This document shows, piece after piece, positions 1-7,954 of a stretch of 32,000 bases of DNA (the first letter of the stretch is position 1; each line of letters begins with the position of its first letter). The notes beneath the pieces are model-generated. The model did no database searches. It was not told the origin of the DNA and saw nothing but the letters and a program-made list of their open reading frames with translations. Location: NCBI RefSeq assembly GCF_000007985.2, contig NC_002939.5, positions 840,001 to 872,000 on the forward strand, in the 5' to 3' direction. Both the position numbers and the translations under genes were made by a program. This DNA comes from Geobacter sulfurreducens PCA (GTDB taxonomy: Bacteria > Desulfobacterota > Desulfuromonadia > Geobacterales > Geobacteraceae).

Positions 1-68
1 AAGCGTAGTTCACGTAATCCAACGGCGCAGGGGCAATTCATGGATTGCCCCTGCAACCACGAGACCCC

Positions 69-1505
69 ATGAAAACCATCCACATCTACACTAACGGCCG
101 ACTCGAAGAAAAGCGGGGCGATATCGTGCGGGAGTTTCCCCTGGTGCTCCAGGTGAACGGCCGGGAGATCGCCACCCTCATCGCATCTCCCCACGACCTC
201 CGCTTCCTGGTGGCCGGGTTCCTGCGCAACCAGGGCTTTGTCGAGTCGGCGGCGGATTTCCACATGCTGGCCGTCTGCGACGAGTTCGGCATCGCCAATG
301 TCCGGATCAGGCAGGAACTGCCCGAGCGGCTCAAGCCGGTCCTCACCAGTGGCTGCGGCACCGGCATCACCTTCACCCTGGAGACGGGGGGGCGGGAAGC
401 GGCCGTGGCGCCGTCGCCCGCCGTGGCACCGGAGGCGGTCTTCCGGCTCATGGAGGAACTGGCGCGGCAGGCCGACAACTACCGGAACCACGGGGGCATC
501 CACTCGGCCGCCGTGGGGGACGGGGAGGGGAACCTCCTCCTCTTTGCCGAGGACATCGGCCGGCACAACACCCTCGACCGGATTGCCGGCGAGGCCCTGC
601 TCAAGGGGATCGATCTGGCCGGCCGCATCCTGGTGACCTCGGGGCGCGTCTCCACGGAGATGGCCTCCAAGTGCGCCCGGCTCGGCATTGCCCTGGTGGC
701 ATCCCGCACTTCGGCCACCGATATGGCGGCGACTCTCTGCCACGAGGCGGGGATCTGCCTTCTGGGCTACGTGCGCGGCGGCAAGTTCACGGTCTATACC
801 CACAGCGACCGGCTGCTGGTGCCGGAGCAGGCTGCGGCATCCCTGCCCGGGCCGGTGCCGCGGGGCCGAATTCCCGGCGTCACCGGCGTCATCCTGGCCG
901 GCGGCCAGTCCAGCCGCATGGGGAGCAACAAAGCCCTCCTCCCCTATCGGGGCGGCCGTTTCATCGAGTCGATCCACCGCCAGCTCTCCGAGTATTTCGA
1001 CGAGGTCATCGTCGTCACCAACACGCCGGAGCAGTACGAATTCCTCCCTTGTCGGAAGGTGACCGACATCCACGAGGGAATGGGCGCCCTGGCCGGCATC
1101 CACGCCGGTCTCCACCATAGTTCCAATCCGGCGGCCTTTGTGGTGGCCTGCGACATGCCCTATCTCAACGGCGACCTGATCCGCCACCTGGCCTCTATGG
1201 CCGATCCCGGCGGGGTCCTGATCCCCGAGAGTCCCACGGGCCTGGAACCGCTCCACGCCGTGTACGGCAAGGGGTGCCTCGCCGCGATCGAGGCGACGCT
1301 CCTCTCGGGCCAGCGACGGATCGTCTCGTTTTTCGGCAGGACCAATGTCAATCGCGTCAATGTGGCCCAGATTGCCGCGTTCGACCCCGAGTTCAATTCG
1401 TTCCGCAACATCAACACACCGACCGACTACTACCGCCTGAGAGAGATCGAGCGCGGCGAGGCCCTGCCCGCCCCGGCCGACGAGCGGGCCGGGGCGTCGG
1501 CGTAA
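69..1505 (+). CDS. fdhD: FdhD (formate dehydrogenase sulfurtransferase accessory protein) fused to MobA (molybdenum cofactor guanylyltransferase)
   Basis: The N-terminal half is FdhD-like (VNGREIATLIASPHDL, LTSGCGTG, GGIHSAA, EDIGRHNTLDR). The C-terminal half is MobA-like (GVILAGGQSSRMGSNKALLPYRG, ACDMPY). The track ORF begins at a TTG at 45; the first in-frame ATG is 69. Confidence 0.85.
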   Translation: MKTIHIYTNGRLEEKRGDIVREFPLVLQVNGREIATLIASPHDLRFLVAGFLRNQGFVESAADFHMLAVCDEFGIANVRIRQELPERLKPVLTSGCGTGITFTLETGGREAAVAPSPAVAPEAVFRLMEELARQADNYRNHGGIHSAAVGDGEGNLLLFAEDIGRHNTLDRIAGEALLKGIDLAGRILVTSGRVSTEMASKCARLGIALVASRTSATDMAATLCHEAGICLLGYVRGGKFTVYTHSDRLLVPEQAAASLPGPVPRGRIPGVTGVILAGGQSSRMGSNKALLPYRGGRFIESIHRQLSEYFDEVIVVTNTPEQYEFLPCRKVTDIHEGMGALAGIHAGLHHSSNPAAFVVACDMPYLNGDLIRHLASMADPGGVLIPESPTGLEPLHAVYGKGCLAAIEATLLSGQRRIVSFFGRTNVNRVNVAQIAAFDPEFNSFRNINTPTDYYRLREIERGEALPAPADERAGASA

Positions 1506-1531
1506 CGCTGTAATAAAAAGGAGACAGAACC

Positions 1532-1711
1532 ATGTTCGGATTCGGCATGCCCGAAATGATCATTATCCTCGTCATCGCCCTGGTGGTATTCGGCCCGGGG
1601 AAACTTCCCCAGCTGGGTCAGTCCCTGGGCGCGAGCATCAGGAATTTCAAGAAGGCGTCTCTGGAAGAGCCCGAAAAGATTACTGTAAAGGAAAAGGACG
1701 AGCACGCCTGA
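1532..1711 (+). CDS. tatA: Twin-arginine translocase subunit TatA/E (59 aa, below the ORF-track cutoff)
   Basis: Hand translation gives MFGFGMPEMIIILVIALVVFGPGKLPQLGQSLGASIRNFKKA..., the classic TatA TM helix, FGP hinge and amphipathic helix. AAGGAG Shine-Dalgarno lies 8 nt upstream; stop TGA at 1709-1711. Confidence 0.9.
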   Translation: MFGFGMPEMIIILVIALVVFGPGKLPQLGQSLGASIRNFKKASLEEPEKITVKEKDEHA

Positions 1712-1743
1712 CCCGCTGACCGCGCGCTTTCCTCGCACATCTA

Positions 1744-1774
1744 CCCGCCTCCGGCAACGGAGGCGGGTTTTTTT
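1744..1774 (+). terminator. Rho-independent terminator after tatA copy 1
   Basis: Perfect 10-bp stem CCCGCCTCCG / CGGAGGCGGG with GCAA loop, followed by TTTTTTT. Confidence 0.8.
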
Positions 1775-1861
1775 GTGCCCGGTGCGGCGGAATGACTCGA
1801 AATTCGTGGATATTAGTTGTTTTGTTATGGTTTTGTAATCTTGGGACAGGAGGGATGATGC

Positions 1862-2056
1862 ATGTGGCGGAAAATAAAAAGCACAAATAAATCAAGCTGT
1901 TTACGCTGTGTTGCGTGGTTGGTTGAGGCGATGATGCATACGTGTAAAAAAGTAATCGCCATAATGACACAGGGGTTGCTTTTTTTGAGACAAAAGTATA
2001 CAGTTCAAATAGACAAAACGATGCAATGCGAGGAAAAGGTATACATAATCCACTGA
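1862..2056 (+). CDS. Candidate small protein (64 aa, Lys/Cys-containing, CxxC) inside the AT-rich island
   Basis: AGGAGG at 1848-1853 sits 8 nt upstream of the ATG. A 64-codon open frame is unusual in AT-rich DNA, where stop codons should be frequent. No family recognised. Confidence 0.3.
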   Translation: MWRKIKSTNKSSCLRCVAWLVEAMMHTCKKVIAIMTQGLLFLRQKYTVQIDKTMQCEEKVYIIH

Positions 2057-2143
2057 AGGCGTGATTTCGGACAGTTGGCATTGTTTTTAGTAATATTGAT
2101 ATGTTATGCGTATTTTAGCGGTAATGTCGCCTTGTTTCATTTT

Positions 2144-2159
2144 TGGCACATATGTTGAT
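2144..2159 (+). promoter_or_regulatory. Candidate sigma54 (-24/-12) promoter for the hyb operon
   Basis: TGGCAC-ATATG-TTGAT compared with consensus TGGCAC-N5-TTGCW. The -24 element is perfect and the spacing is correct, but the conserved -12 C is an A. It lies ~110 nt upstream of the hybS ATG. Confidence 0.3.
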
Positions 2160-2266
2160 GTTTACATTTTATGTAGAAAAAAGATGTGCTATTTTTAATC
2201 TTGTACTGCAGGGCTAAAGTGATTTCGGGCTACTGACAATCACGCATCATACCGACAGGGGGATTT

Positions 2267-3370
2267 ATGGGAAAGGAAGCTGTGCTTCGCGGCGGCGTGT
2301 CGCGAAGGGATTTCATGAAGACCTGTGTTGCAGCCACCGCTATCATGGGGCTGCCCTACAGCATGCACACAAAGGTGGCCGAAGCTGCCCAGAAGGCCGG
2401 CCGGCCGCCGGTGATCTGGCTTCACTTCCAGGAGTGCACCGGCTGTTCAGAGTCGCTTCTCCGTTCGGGGCACCCGGATGTTTCCGAACTGATACTTGAC
2501 ATGATTTCGCTGGACTACCATGAAACCCTCATGGTCGGCTCGGGGCATCAGGCGGAGCAGTCGCTCCACGACTCCATGAAGGCGAACCACGGCAAGTACA
2601 TCCTGGTCGTGGAGGGTGGCATCCCCACCAAGGACAACGGCATCTACTGCAAGGTGGGCGGCAAGACCGCCGTGGATTCCCTGACCACCGCCGCCGAAGG
2701 GGCTGCCGCCATCATCACCATCGGCACCTGCGCCTCATACGGCGGCATCCAGTCGGCTCCTCCCAACCCTACGGGCGCCGTGGGGGTCCGCGACCTGATC
2801 AAGAACAAGCCGATCGTCAACATTCCCGGCTGTCCGCCCAACCCCTACAACTTCCTCTCCACGGTCCTCTACTACCTGACGTTCAACAAGCTCCCCGAGC
2901 TCGACGCACTGGGCCGTCCCAAGTTTGCCTACGGCCGGAAGATTCACGAGCACTGCGAGCGCCGTCCCCACTTCGACGCGGGCCGCTTCGCCACCGCCTA
3001 CGGCGACAAGACCCATGCCGAGGGGTACTGCCTCTACAAGCTGGGCTGCAAGGGGCCGGCGACATTCGCCAACTGCTCCGTCACCCGTTTCAACGACGTG
3101 GGGGTATGGCCCGTTTCCGTCGGCCACCCGTGCATTGGTTGCACCGAGCCGGATATCCTCTTCAAGAAGCCCATCGCCGAGAAGCTCCAGATCCACCTGC
3201 CCACGCCGCCCGACACCTATGCTCCGGCCGAACTGGGGCAGAAGGGTCCCGGCGTGAGCCCGGCGGCCACCGGTCTCGTTGGCCTGGCCGGCGGCGTAGC
3301 CCTGGGTGCCGGCGCCATGCTGGCCAAGAAGCTGCCCAGCGGGGAGGAAGGTCATGAAAAGCACGACTAG
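2267..3370 (+). CDS. hybS: [NiFe] hydrogenase small subunit with Tat signal peptide
   Basis: Tat motif SRRDFMK. Small-subunit Fe-S ligand motifs are present: QECTGCSES, GTCASYGG, PGCPPNP, HEHCERRPHF, CLYKLGCKGP, GHPCIGCTEP. There is a C-terminal TM anchor. Confidence 0.95.
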   Translation: MGKEAVLRGGVSRRDFMKTCVAATAIMGLPYSMHTKVAEAAQKAGRPPVIWLHFQECTGCSESLLRSGHPDVSELILDMISLDYHETLMVGSGHQAEQSLHDSMKANHGKYILVVEGGIPTKDNGIYCKVGGKTAVDSLTTAAEGAAAIITIGTCASYGGIQSAPPNPTGAVGVRDLIKNKPIVNIPGCPPNPYNFLSTVLYYLTFNKLPELDALGRPKFAYGRKIHEHCERRPHFDAGRFATAYGDKTHAEGYCLYKLGCKGPATFANCSVTRFNDVGVWPVSVGHPCIGCTEPDILFKKPIAEKLQIHLPTPPDTYAPAELGQKGPGVSPAATGLVGLAGGVALGAGAMLAKKLPSGEEGHEKHD

Positions 3371-4271
3371 ACGCGATTTCCTCAAGATGATGGGGATGAC
3401 CGGCGCCGCCTGCCTGGCGTGCGCCGCGCCCCTGTCGGCCTCCACGGGCCCGGCCGGCGAGAGCGAAACCGCCATCGCCATGCTTTACGACGCCACCAAG
3501 TGCGTGGGGTGCAAGGCGTGCATGGCAGCCTGCAAGCGGGTCAACATGGAGCAGAACAATCTCTCCTACGAGTACCTGCCCACCGACGGGGACAAACTCT
3601 GGGACGCCCCCAAGGACCTGTCCGGCGACACCCGCACGGTCATCAAGCTCTACAAGGAGTCCGACACCCGCTTCTCCTACGTGAAGCACTCCTGTATGCA
3701 CTGCACGAAGCCCGGCTGCGTGTCCGCCTGCCCGGTCAAGGCCATGACCAAGGACCCGGTCACCGGCGTGGTGGCCTACAACAAGAACGCCTGCATCGGC
3801 TGCCGCTACTGCCAGGTGGCCTGTCCCTACAACATCCCCCGCTTCCAGTGGGACAAGGCGCTGCCCCAGATCGTCAAGTGCGATTTCTGCAAGGACACGA
3901 ACCTGAAGGCCAAGGGGATGCCCGCCTGCAGCGAGACCTGCCCCGCCGGCGCCATTGCCTTCGGCAAGCGCACGGATCTTCTGGCCGAGGCCCACAACCG
4001 GATCAAGGAGAACCCGGACCGCTACATTCCAAAGGTCTACGGCGAGAAGGAAGTTGGCGGCGCCAACCACCTGTATCTGGCCGCCTTCCCGTTCCAGAAG
4101 CTGGGCCTGCCCGAACTGAAGGAGGAGTCGCCCGCCGCCTTCTCCGAGCATATCCAGCACACCATCTACAAGGGGTTCATCGCCCCGGTTGCCCTCTACG
4201 GGACCCTGGCGGCCATTGCCCTCAGGAACAAGAAGAAGCAGGAAGATCTCGGACACGGGGAGGACGATTAA
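3354..4271 (+). CDS. hybA: Hydrogenase-2-type periplasmic 4x[4Fe-4S] ferredoxin subunit (HybA-like), Tat-exported with C-terminal TM anchor
   Basis: Starts MKSTTRRDFLKMMG (Tat motif) with GGAGGAAG Shine-Dalgarno upstream. Cys clusters CVGCKACMAAC, CMHCTKPGCVSACP, CIGCRYCQVACP, CDFC...CSETCP. Overlaps the hybS stop by 17 nt. Confidence 0.9.
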   Translation: MKSTTRRDFLKMMGMTGAACLACAAPLSASTGPAGESETAIAMLYDATKCVGCKACMAACKRVNMEQNNLSYEYLPTDGDKLWDAPKDLSGDTRTVIKLYKESDTRFSYVKHSCMHCTKPGCVSACPVKAMTKDPVTGVVAYNKNACIGCRYCQVACPYNIPRFQWDKALPQIVKCDFCKDTNLKAKGMPACSETCPAGAIAFGKRTDLLAEAHNRIKENPDRYIPKVYGEKEVGGANHLYLAAFPFQKLGLPELKEESPAAFSEHIQHTIYKGFIAPVALYGTLAAIALRNKKKQEDLGHGEDD

Positions 4272-4272
4272 G

Positions 4273-5601
4273 ATGGGATCGCATCACGATGAATATCAGG
4301 TTCAGCCCGGCAAGATCTTAACCCGGCCCTTCTTCATCCTCCTGTTCTTCGTCCTGGTAGGGCTGGCGCTCATCGCCTACCGGTTCTTCGCCGGCGTAGG
4401 CGCGGTTACCGGGCTGTCCGACGGCTACCCCTGGGGAATCTGGATCGCCTACGACGTGGCCACCGGCACCGCCTTCGCCTGCGGCGGCTACGCACTGGCG
4501 CTGCTCATCTACATCATGAACCGGTGGAAGTACCATCCGCTCATCCGCTCGGCCATCCTGACCAGCGTGTTCGGCTACTGCCTGGCCGGCTTTTCGGTCA
4601 TGGTCGACCTGGGCCGCTACTGGAACGCCTACGGCTTCTTCATGCCCAGCCGCTGGCAGGGCAACTCGGTCATGTTCGAGGTCGCTCTCTGCGTCATGTC
4701 GTACTCCACGGTCCTGATCATCGAGTTCCTCCCGGCGGTGCTCTACACCCTGGAGCACAGCAAGTGGAAGTGGGTGCGCGAATCGTCCCACTGGCTCTAT
4801 GCGCGCCTGATCCCCGACACCGACGCGCTCCGCAACGGCCTGACCAACGTGAGCAAGGCGGCGGGGCATCTCCAGGTACGGCTCGACAAGGTCCTCATCT
4901 TCTTCATCGTCCTGGGGATCACGCTGCCGTCCATGCACCAGTCGTCGCTCGGCTCCATGATGATCATTGCCGGCGAGAAGCTGAGCCCTCTGTGGCAGAC
5001 CGGCTTCCTGCCGCTGCTCTTCCTGATCAACTGCATCTTCATCGGCTACTCCACGGTCATGTTCGAGTCGATCCTCTCCTCCTTCGGCTTCAAGCGGGCC
5101 TATGAGGTGCACGAACTGTCCGGCATCGCCCGGATCGTGCCGTGGGTGGCAGGGCTCTGGATGGCGATCCGCTTCGGCGACCTGATCTGGCGCAACCAGA
5201 TCCCCACCATCCTGACGTTTGACAAGAACGCTCTGTTCTTCCTCCTGGAGGTGCTCCTGATCGGTGGCGGCGCTTTCATGATGCTGTCGCGCAAGAACCG
5301 GCTCTCTCCGCGGCTCCTGTTCCTGAGCGGTGCCCTGCTGATGCTCGGCGGCGGGCTCTACCGATTCAACGTCTACCTGATCGGCTTCAATCCGGGCGAG
5401 GGGTGGAGCTACTTCCCCTCGGTGGCGGAATTCCTCATCACCGTGGGCATCATCGCCATCGAGATCCTCGGCTACCTGACCCTGGTGAAGATTTTCCCGG
5501 TCATGCCGAATCCGAAGAAGCACTTCGCCGAAGAGGGCGAAGAGATGGTGGAGGAAACTGCCGGCCAGGTCGCTCCCGGCGGCGTGTACGCAGGAAAATA
5601 A
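4273..5601 (+). CDS. hybB: Integral-membrane quinone-interacting subunit, NrfD/PsrC/HybB family
   Basis: Very hydrophobic multi-TM protein that begins 2 nt after hybA. The S-A-B-L gene order matches hydrogenase-2-type operons. Confidence 0.88.
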   Translation: MGSHHDEYQVQPGKILTRPFFILLFFVLVGLALIAYRFFAGVGAVTGLSDGYPWGIWIAYDVATGTAFACGGYALALLIYIMNRWKYHPLIRSAILTSVFGYCLAGFSVMVDLGRYWNAYGFFMPSRWQGNSVMFEVALCVMSYSTVLIIEFLPAVLYTLEHSKWKWVRESSHWLYARLIPDTDALRNGLTNVSKAAGHLQVRLDKVLIFFIVLGITLPSMHQSSLGSMMIIAGEKLSPLWQTGFLPLLFLINCIFIGYSTVMFESILSSFGFKRAYEVHELSGIARIVPWVAGLWMAIRFGDLIWRNQIPTILTFDKNALFFLLEVLLIGGGAFMMLSRKNRLSPRLLFLSGALLMLGGGLYRFNVYLIGFNPGEGWSYFPSVAEFLITVGIIAIEILGYLTLVKIFPVMPNPKKHFAEEGEEMVEETAGQVAPGGVYAGK

Positions 5602-5609
5602 TGGGCGGT

Positions 5610-5644
5610 GGCCGGCGCCCGGGGAGCATCCCCGGCCGCCGGCC
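5610..5644 (+). other. Very stable intercistronic stem-loop between hybB and hybL
   Basis: GGCCGGCGCCCGGGGA-gca-TCCCCGGCCGCCGGCC, a 16-bp stem with one C.C mismatch. No U-tract follows. Confidence 0.6.
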
Positions 5645-5686
5645 GACCCGCGGTCGAACGCATACAATTCATCTCTGGAGGAATAC

Positions 5687-7369
5687 ATGTCTAAACGTAT
5701 CACCATAGACCCCATCACCCGGATCGAGGGTCACCTGAGAATCGATGTGGAAGTGAATGGCGGCCAGGTTGCCAAGGCCTGGTCCTCGGCCCAGATGTGG
5801 CGGGGCATCGAGACCATCCTCAAGGGGCGCGATCCCCAGGACGCCTGGTCCTACGCCCAGCGTTTCTGCGGCGTCTGCACTACGGTGCACGCCATCTCGT
5901 CCATCCGTTCCGTGGAGAACGCCCTGAACGTGGAAGTTCCCCTCAACGCCCAGTACATCCGCAATATCATGATCGCCCAGCACTCGGTGCAGGATCACAT
6001 CGTCCACTTCTACCACCTGTCCGCCCTGGACTGGGTCGACATCGTGTCCGCCCTGAAGGCCGACCCGAAGAAGGCCTCCTCCATCGCCCAGAGCCTGTCC
6101 GACTGGCCCGGCAACAGCGAGAAGGAGTTCAAGGCGGTCCAGGACAAGCTCAAGGCGTTCGTGGCCAGCGGCCAGCTCGGCATCTTCGCCTCCGGCTACT
6201 GGGGCCATCCGGCCATGAAGCTGCCGCCCGAGGTGAACCTGATCGCCGTGGCCCACTACCTCAAGGCTCTCGACTACCAGCGCCGGGCTTCACAGGCTGT
6301 GGCCATTCTCGGCGGCAAGAACCCCCACGTTCAGAACCTGGTGGTGGGCGGGGTAGCCACCGCTGTGAACATGGAGAACATCGCCACCCTCAACATGGAG
6401 CGGATCGCCTTCCTCCGCACCCTTATGGAAGAGACCCGCGAGTTCGTCCAGAAGGTCTACTACCCGGACCTGGTGGCCATCGCTTCCTTCTACAAGGAAT
6501 GGTTCAAGTACGGCGCCGGCGTCACCAACTACCTGGCGGTCCCCGAGTTCGCCGAAGACACCCGCAACACCAAGTTCGGCCTCCCCGGCGGCACCATCTA
6601 CGGCGGCGATCTGGGTACCTTCAAGGCGATCACCACCCACCAGGATGCGGCGCTCATTCAGGGGGTCACCGAAGGGGTGGCTCACGCCTGGTACGAAGGC
6701 TCCGATTCGCTCCACCCCTGGGAAGGGGAGACCAAGCCCCAGTACACCGACTTCCAGGAGAACGGCAAGTACACCTGGTGCAAGTCGCCGCGCTACAACG
6801 GCAAGCCCATGCAGGTTGGACCGCCCGCCCAGGTCATGGCCGCCTACGCCACCGGCCATCCCAAGGTCAAGAAGCTGGTGGACGACGCCGCAGCCAAGCT
6901 CGGCATCGGTCCCAAGGAGCTCCACTCCACCATGGGCCGGCTCTTCTGCCGGGGCGTGCGCGCCCACGTCATGGCCGACTACTCCCTGGAGTACCTGGAC
7001 AAGCTCGTGGCCAACATCGGTAAGGGTGACTCCACCTACGCCAACCACACGGAAATCCCCGACGGCGAGTACAAGGGGGTCGGCTTCCACGAGGCGCCCC
7101 GTGGTGCCCTGTCCCACTGGATAGTCATCGAGAAGAAGAAGATCAAGAACTACCAGGCCGTGGTTCCGTCCACCTGGAACGCCTCGCCGCGGGACGAGAA
7201 CGGCGTTGCCGGTCCCTACGAAGCCTGCCTCGTGGGCAACCCCGTGGCTCAGCCGGACAAGCCGCTGGAAGTGCTGCGCACCATCCACTCCTTCGACCCC
7301 TGCATTGCGTGCGCCGTCCACACCATCGACCCGGCCGGCAAGGAGATCACCAAGGTCAAGGTCCTGTAA
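5687..7369 (+). CDS. hybL: [NiFe] hydrogenase large subunit
   Basis: N-terminal Ni-Fe ligand motif RFCGVCTTVH and C-terminal DPCIACAVH, followed by a 15-aa tail (TIDPAGKEITKVKVL) of the kind removed by the maturation protease. GGAGGA Shine-Dalgarno upstream. Confidence 0.97.
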   Translation: MSKRITIDPITRIEGHLRIDVEVNGGQVAKAWSSAQMWRGIETILKGRDPQDAWSYAQRFCGVCTTVHAISSIRSVENALNVEVPLNAQYIRNIMIAQHSVQDHIVHFYHLSALDWVDIVSALKADPKKASSIAQSLSDWPGNSEKEFKAVQDKLKAFVASGQLGIFASGYWGHPAMKLPPEVNLIAVAHYLKALDYQRRASQAVAILGGKNPHVQNLVVGGVATAVNMENIATLNMERIAFLRTLMEETREFVQKVYYPDLVAIASFYKEWFKYGAGVTNYLAVPEFAEDTRNTKFGLPGGTIYGGDLGTFKAITTHQDAALIQGVTEGVAHAWYEGSDSLHPWEGETKPQYTDFQENGKYTWCKSPRYNGKPMQVGPPAQVMAAYATGHPKVKKLVDDAAAKLGIGPKELHSTMGRLFCRGVRAHVMADYSLEYLDKLVANIGKGDSTYANHTEIPDGEYKGVGFHEAPRGALSHWIVIEKKKIKNYQAVVPSTWNASPRDENGVAGPYEACLVGNPVAQPDKPLEVLRTIHSFDPCIACAVHTIDPAGKEITKVKVL

Positions 7370-7378
7370 CGGAAACCC

Positions 7379-7400
7379 GGGGGGGGCTTCAGCCCCCCTC
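7379..7400 (+). other. GC stem-loop between hybL and the protease gene
   Basis: GGGGGGC-ttca-GCCCCCC (7 bp, extendable by G.U and G-C pairs), 10 nt after the hybL stop. No U-tract. Confidence 0.5.
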
Positions 7401-7413
7401 TATGGAGTAGCGA

Positions 7414-7896
7414 ATGAGAACCCTAATCTTCGGCGCCGGCAACCTGATCCTCACCGACGAGGGCTTCGGCGTCCACTGCATCAACCACCTGGAAGAGAAC
7501 TACGTATTCCCGCCCGAGGTGGAGCTGTACGACGGCGGCACCCTCGGGATCATGGTCACCCACAAGATCGAGGAGGCCGACCGGGTCATCCTGGTGGATA
7601 CGGTGGAGACCGCCGGCAATCCGGGCGAGGTCTTCCGCTTCGAAAAGGAAGACATCATGCTCAACCGCCTGCCGGTCAAGCTGTCGCCGCACCAGATCGG
7701 CATCCAGGAGATGCTCTTCATCAGCGAGATGCGCGGGGCCTGCCCGGACCGGATCAGTCTGCTGGGGGTCATCCCCTCTTCCCTGGACCCGGGGAGCGAT
7801 CTCTCGCCGGTCCTGAGCGAGTGTCTGCCCCGTGTGGCGGGACTTATCGTCGACGAACTGCGCTCCCTCGGACACGAGGTACACGCACGGAACTGA
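7414..7896 (+). CDS. hybD: Hydrogenase maturation endopeptidase (HybD/HyaD family)
   Basis: MRTLIFGAGNLILTDEGFGVHCINHL... plus LVDTV and SPHQIG motifs typical of the Ni-dependent C-terminal protease. It lies immediately downstream of the large subunit. Confidence 0.9.
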   Translation: MRTLIFGAGNLILTDEGFGVHCINHLEENYVFPPEVELYDGGTLGIMVTHKIEEADRVILVDTVETAGNPGEVFRFEKEDIMLNRLPVKLSPHQIGIQEMLFISEMRGACPDRISLLGVIPSSLDPGSDLSPVLSECLPRVAGLIVDELRSLGHEVHARN

Positions 7897-7916
7897 GCCG
7901 CCCCGCAGGGGCTCAG
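7893..7916 (+). other. Stem-loop overlapping the protease stop codon
   Basis: CTGAGCC(g)CC-ccgca-GGGGCTCAG, a 7+2 bp stem. No U-tract. Confidence 0.45.
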
Positions 7917-7954
7917 CATTACGCCGGACCCGGAGCCGGCGGGAGGAACGCACC

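Noticed and set aside
1680-2081. 133-aa minus-strand ORF spanning the AT-rich island.
   Set aside because: It runs through the tatA terminator hairpin and into the tatA coding region. It has no Shine-Dalgarno and its composition changes abruptly, so it is most likely spurious.
3162-4256. Long antisense or alternate-frame ORFs throughout the window. Examples: 3162-4256 minus, 4318-5718 minus, 6290-7321 minus, 12368-13852 plus, 21288-22928 plus, 28102-29490 minus, 29448-30893 plus.
   Set aside because: These are typical high-GC shadow ORFs. They are Arg/Gly/Pro/Ala-rich and low-complexity, carry no recognisable motifs, and each fully overlaps a gene with strong family signatures on the other strand or frame.
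7280-7369. Possibility that the large subunit is a [NiFeSe] enzyme with an in-frame TGA.
   Set aside because: The C-terminal motif reads DPCIACAVH with ordinary Cys codons and no internal stop, so it is a standard [NiFe] enzyme.
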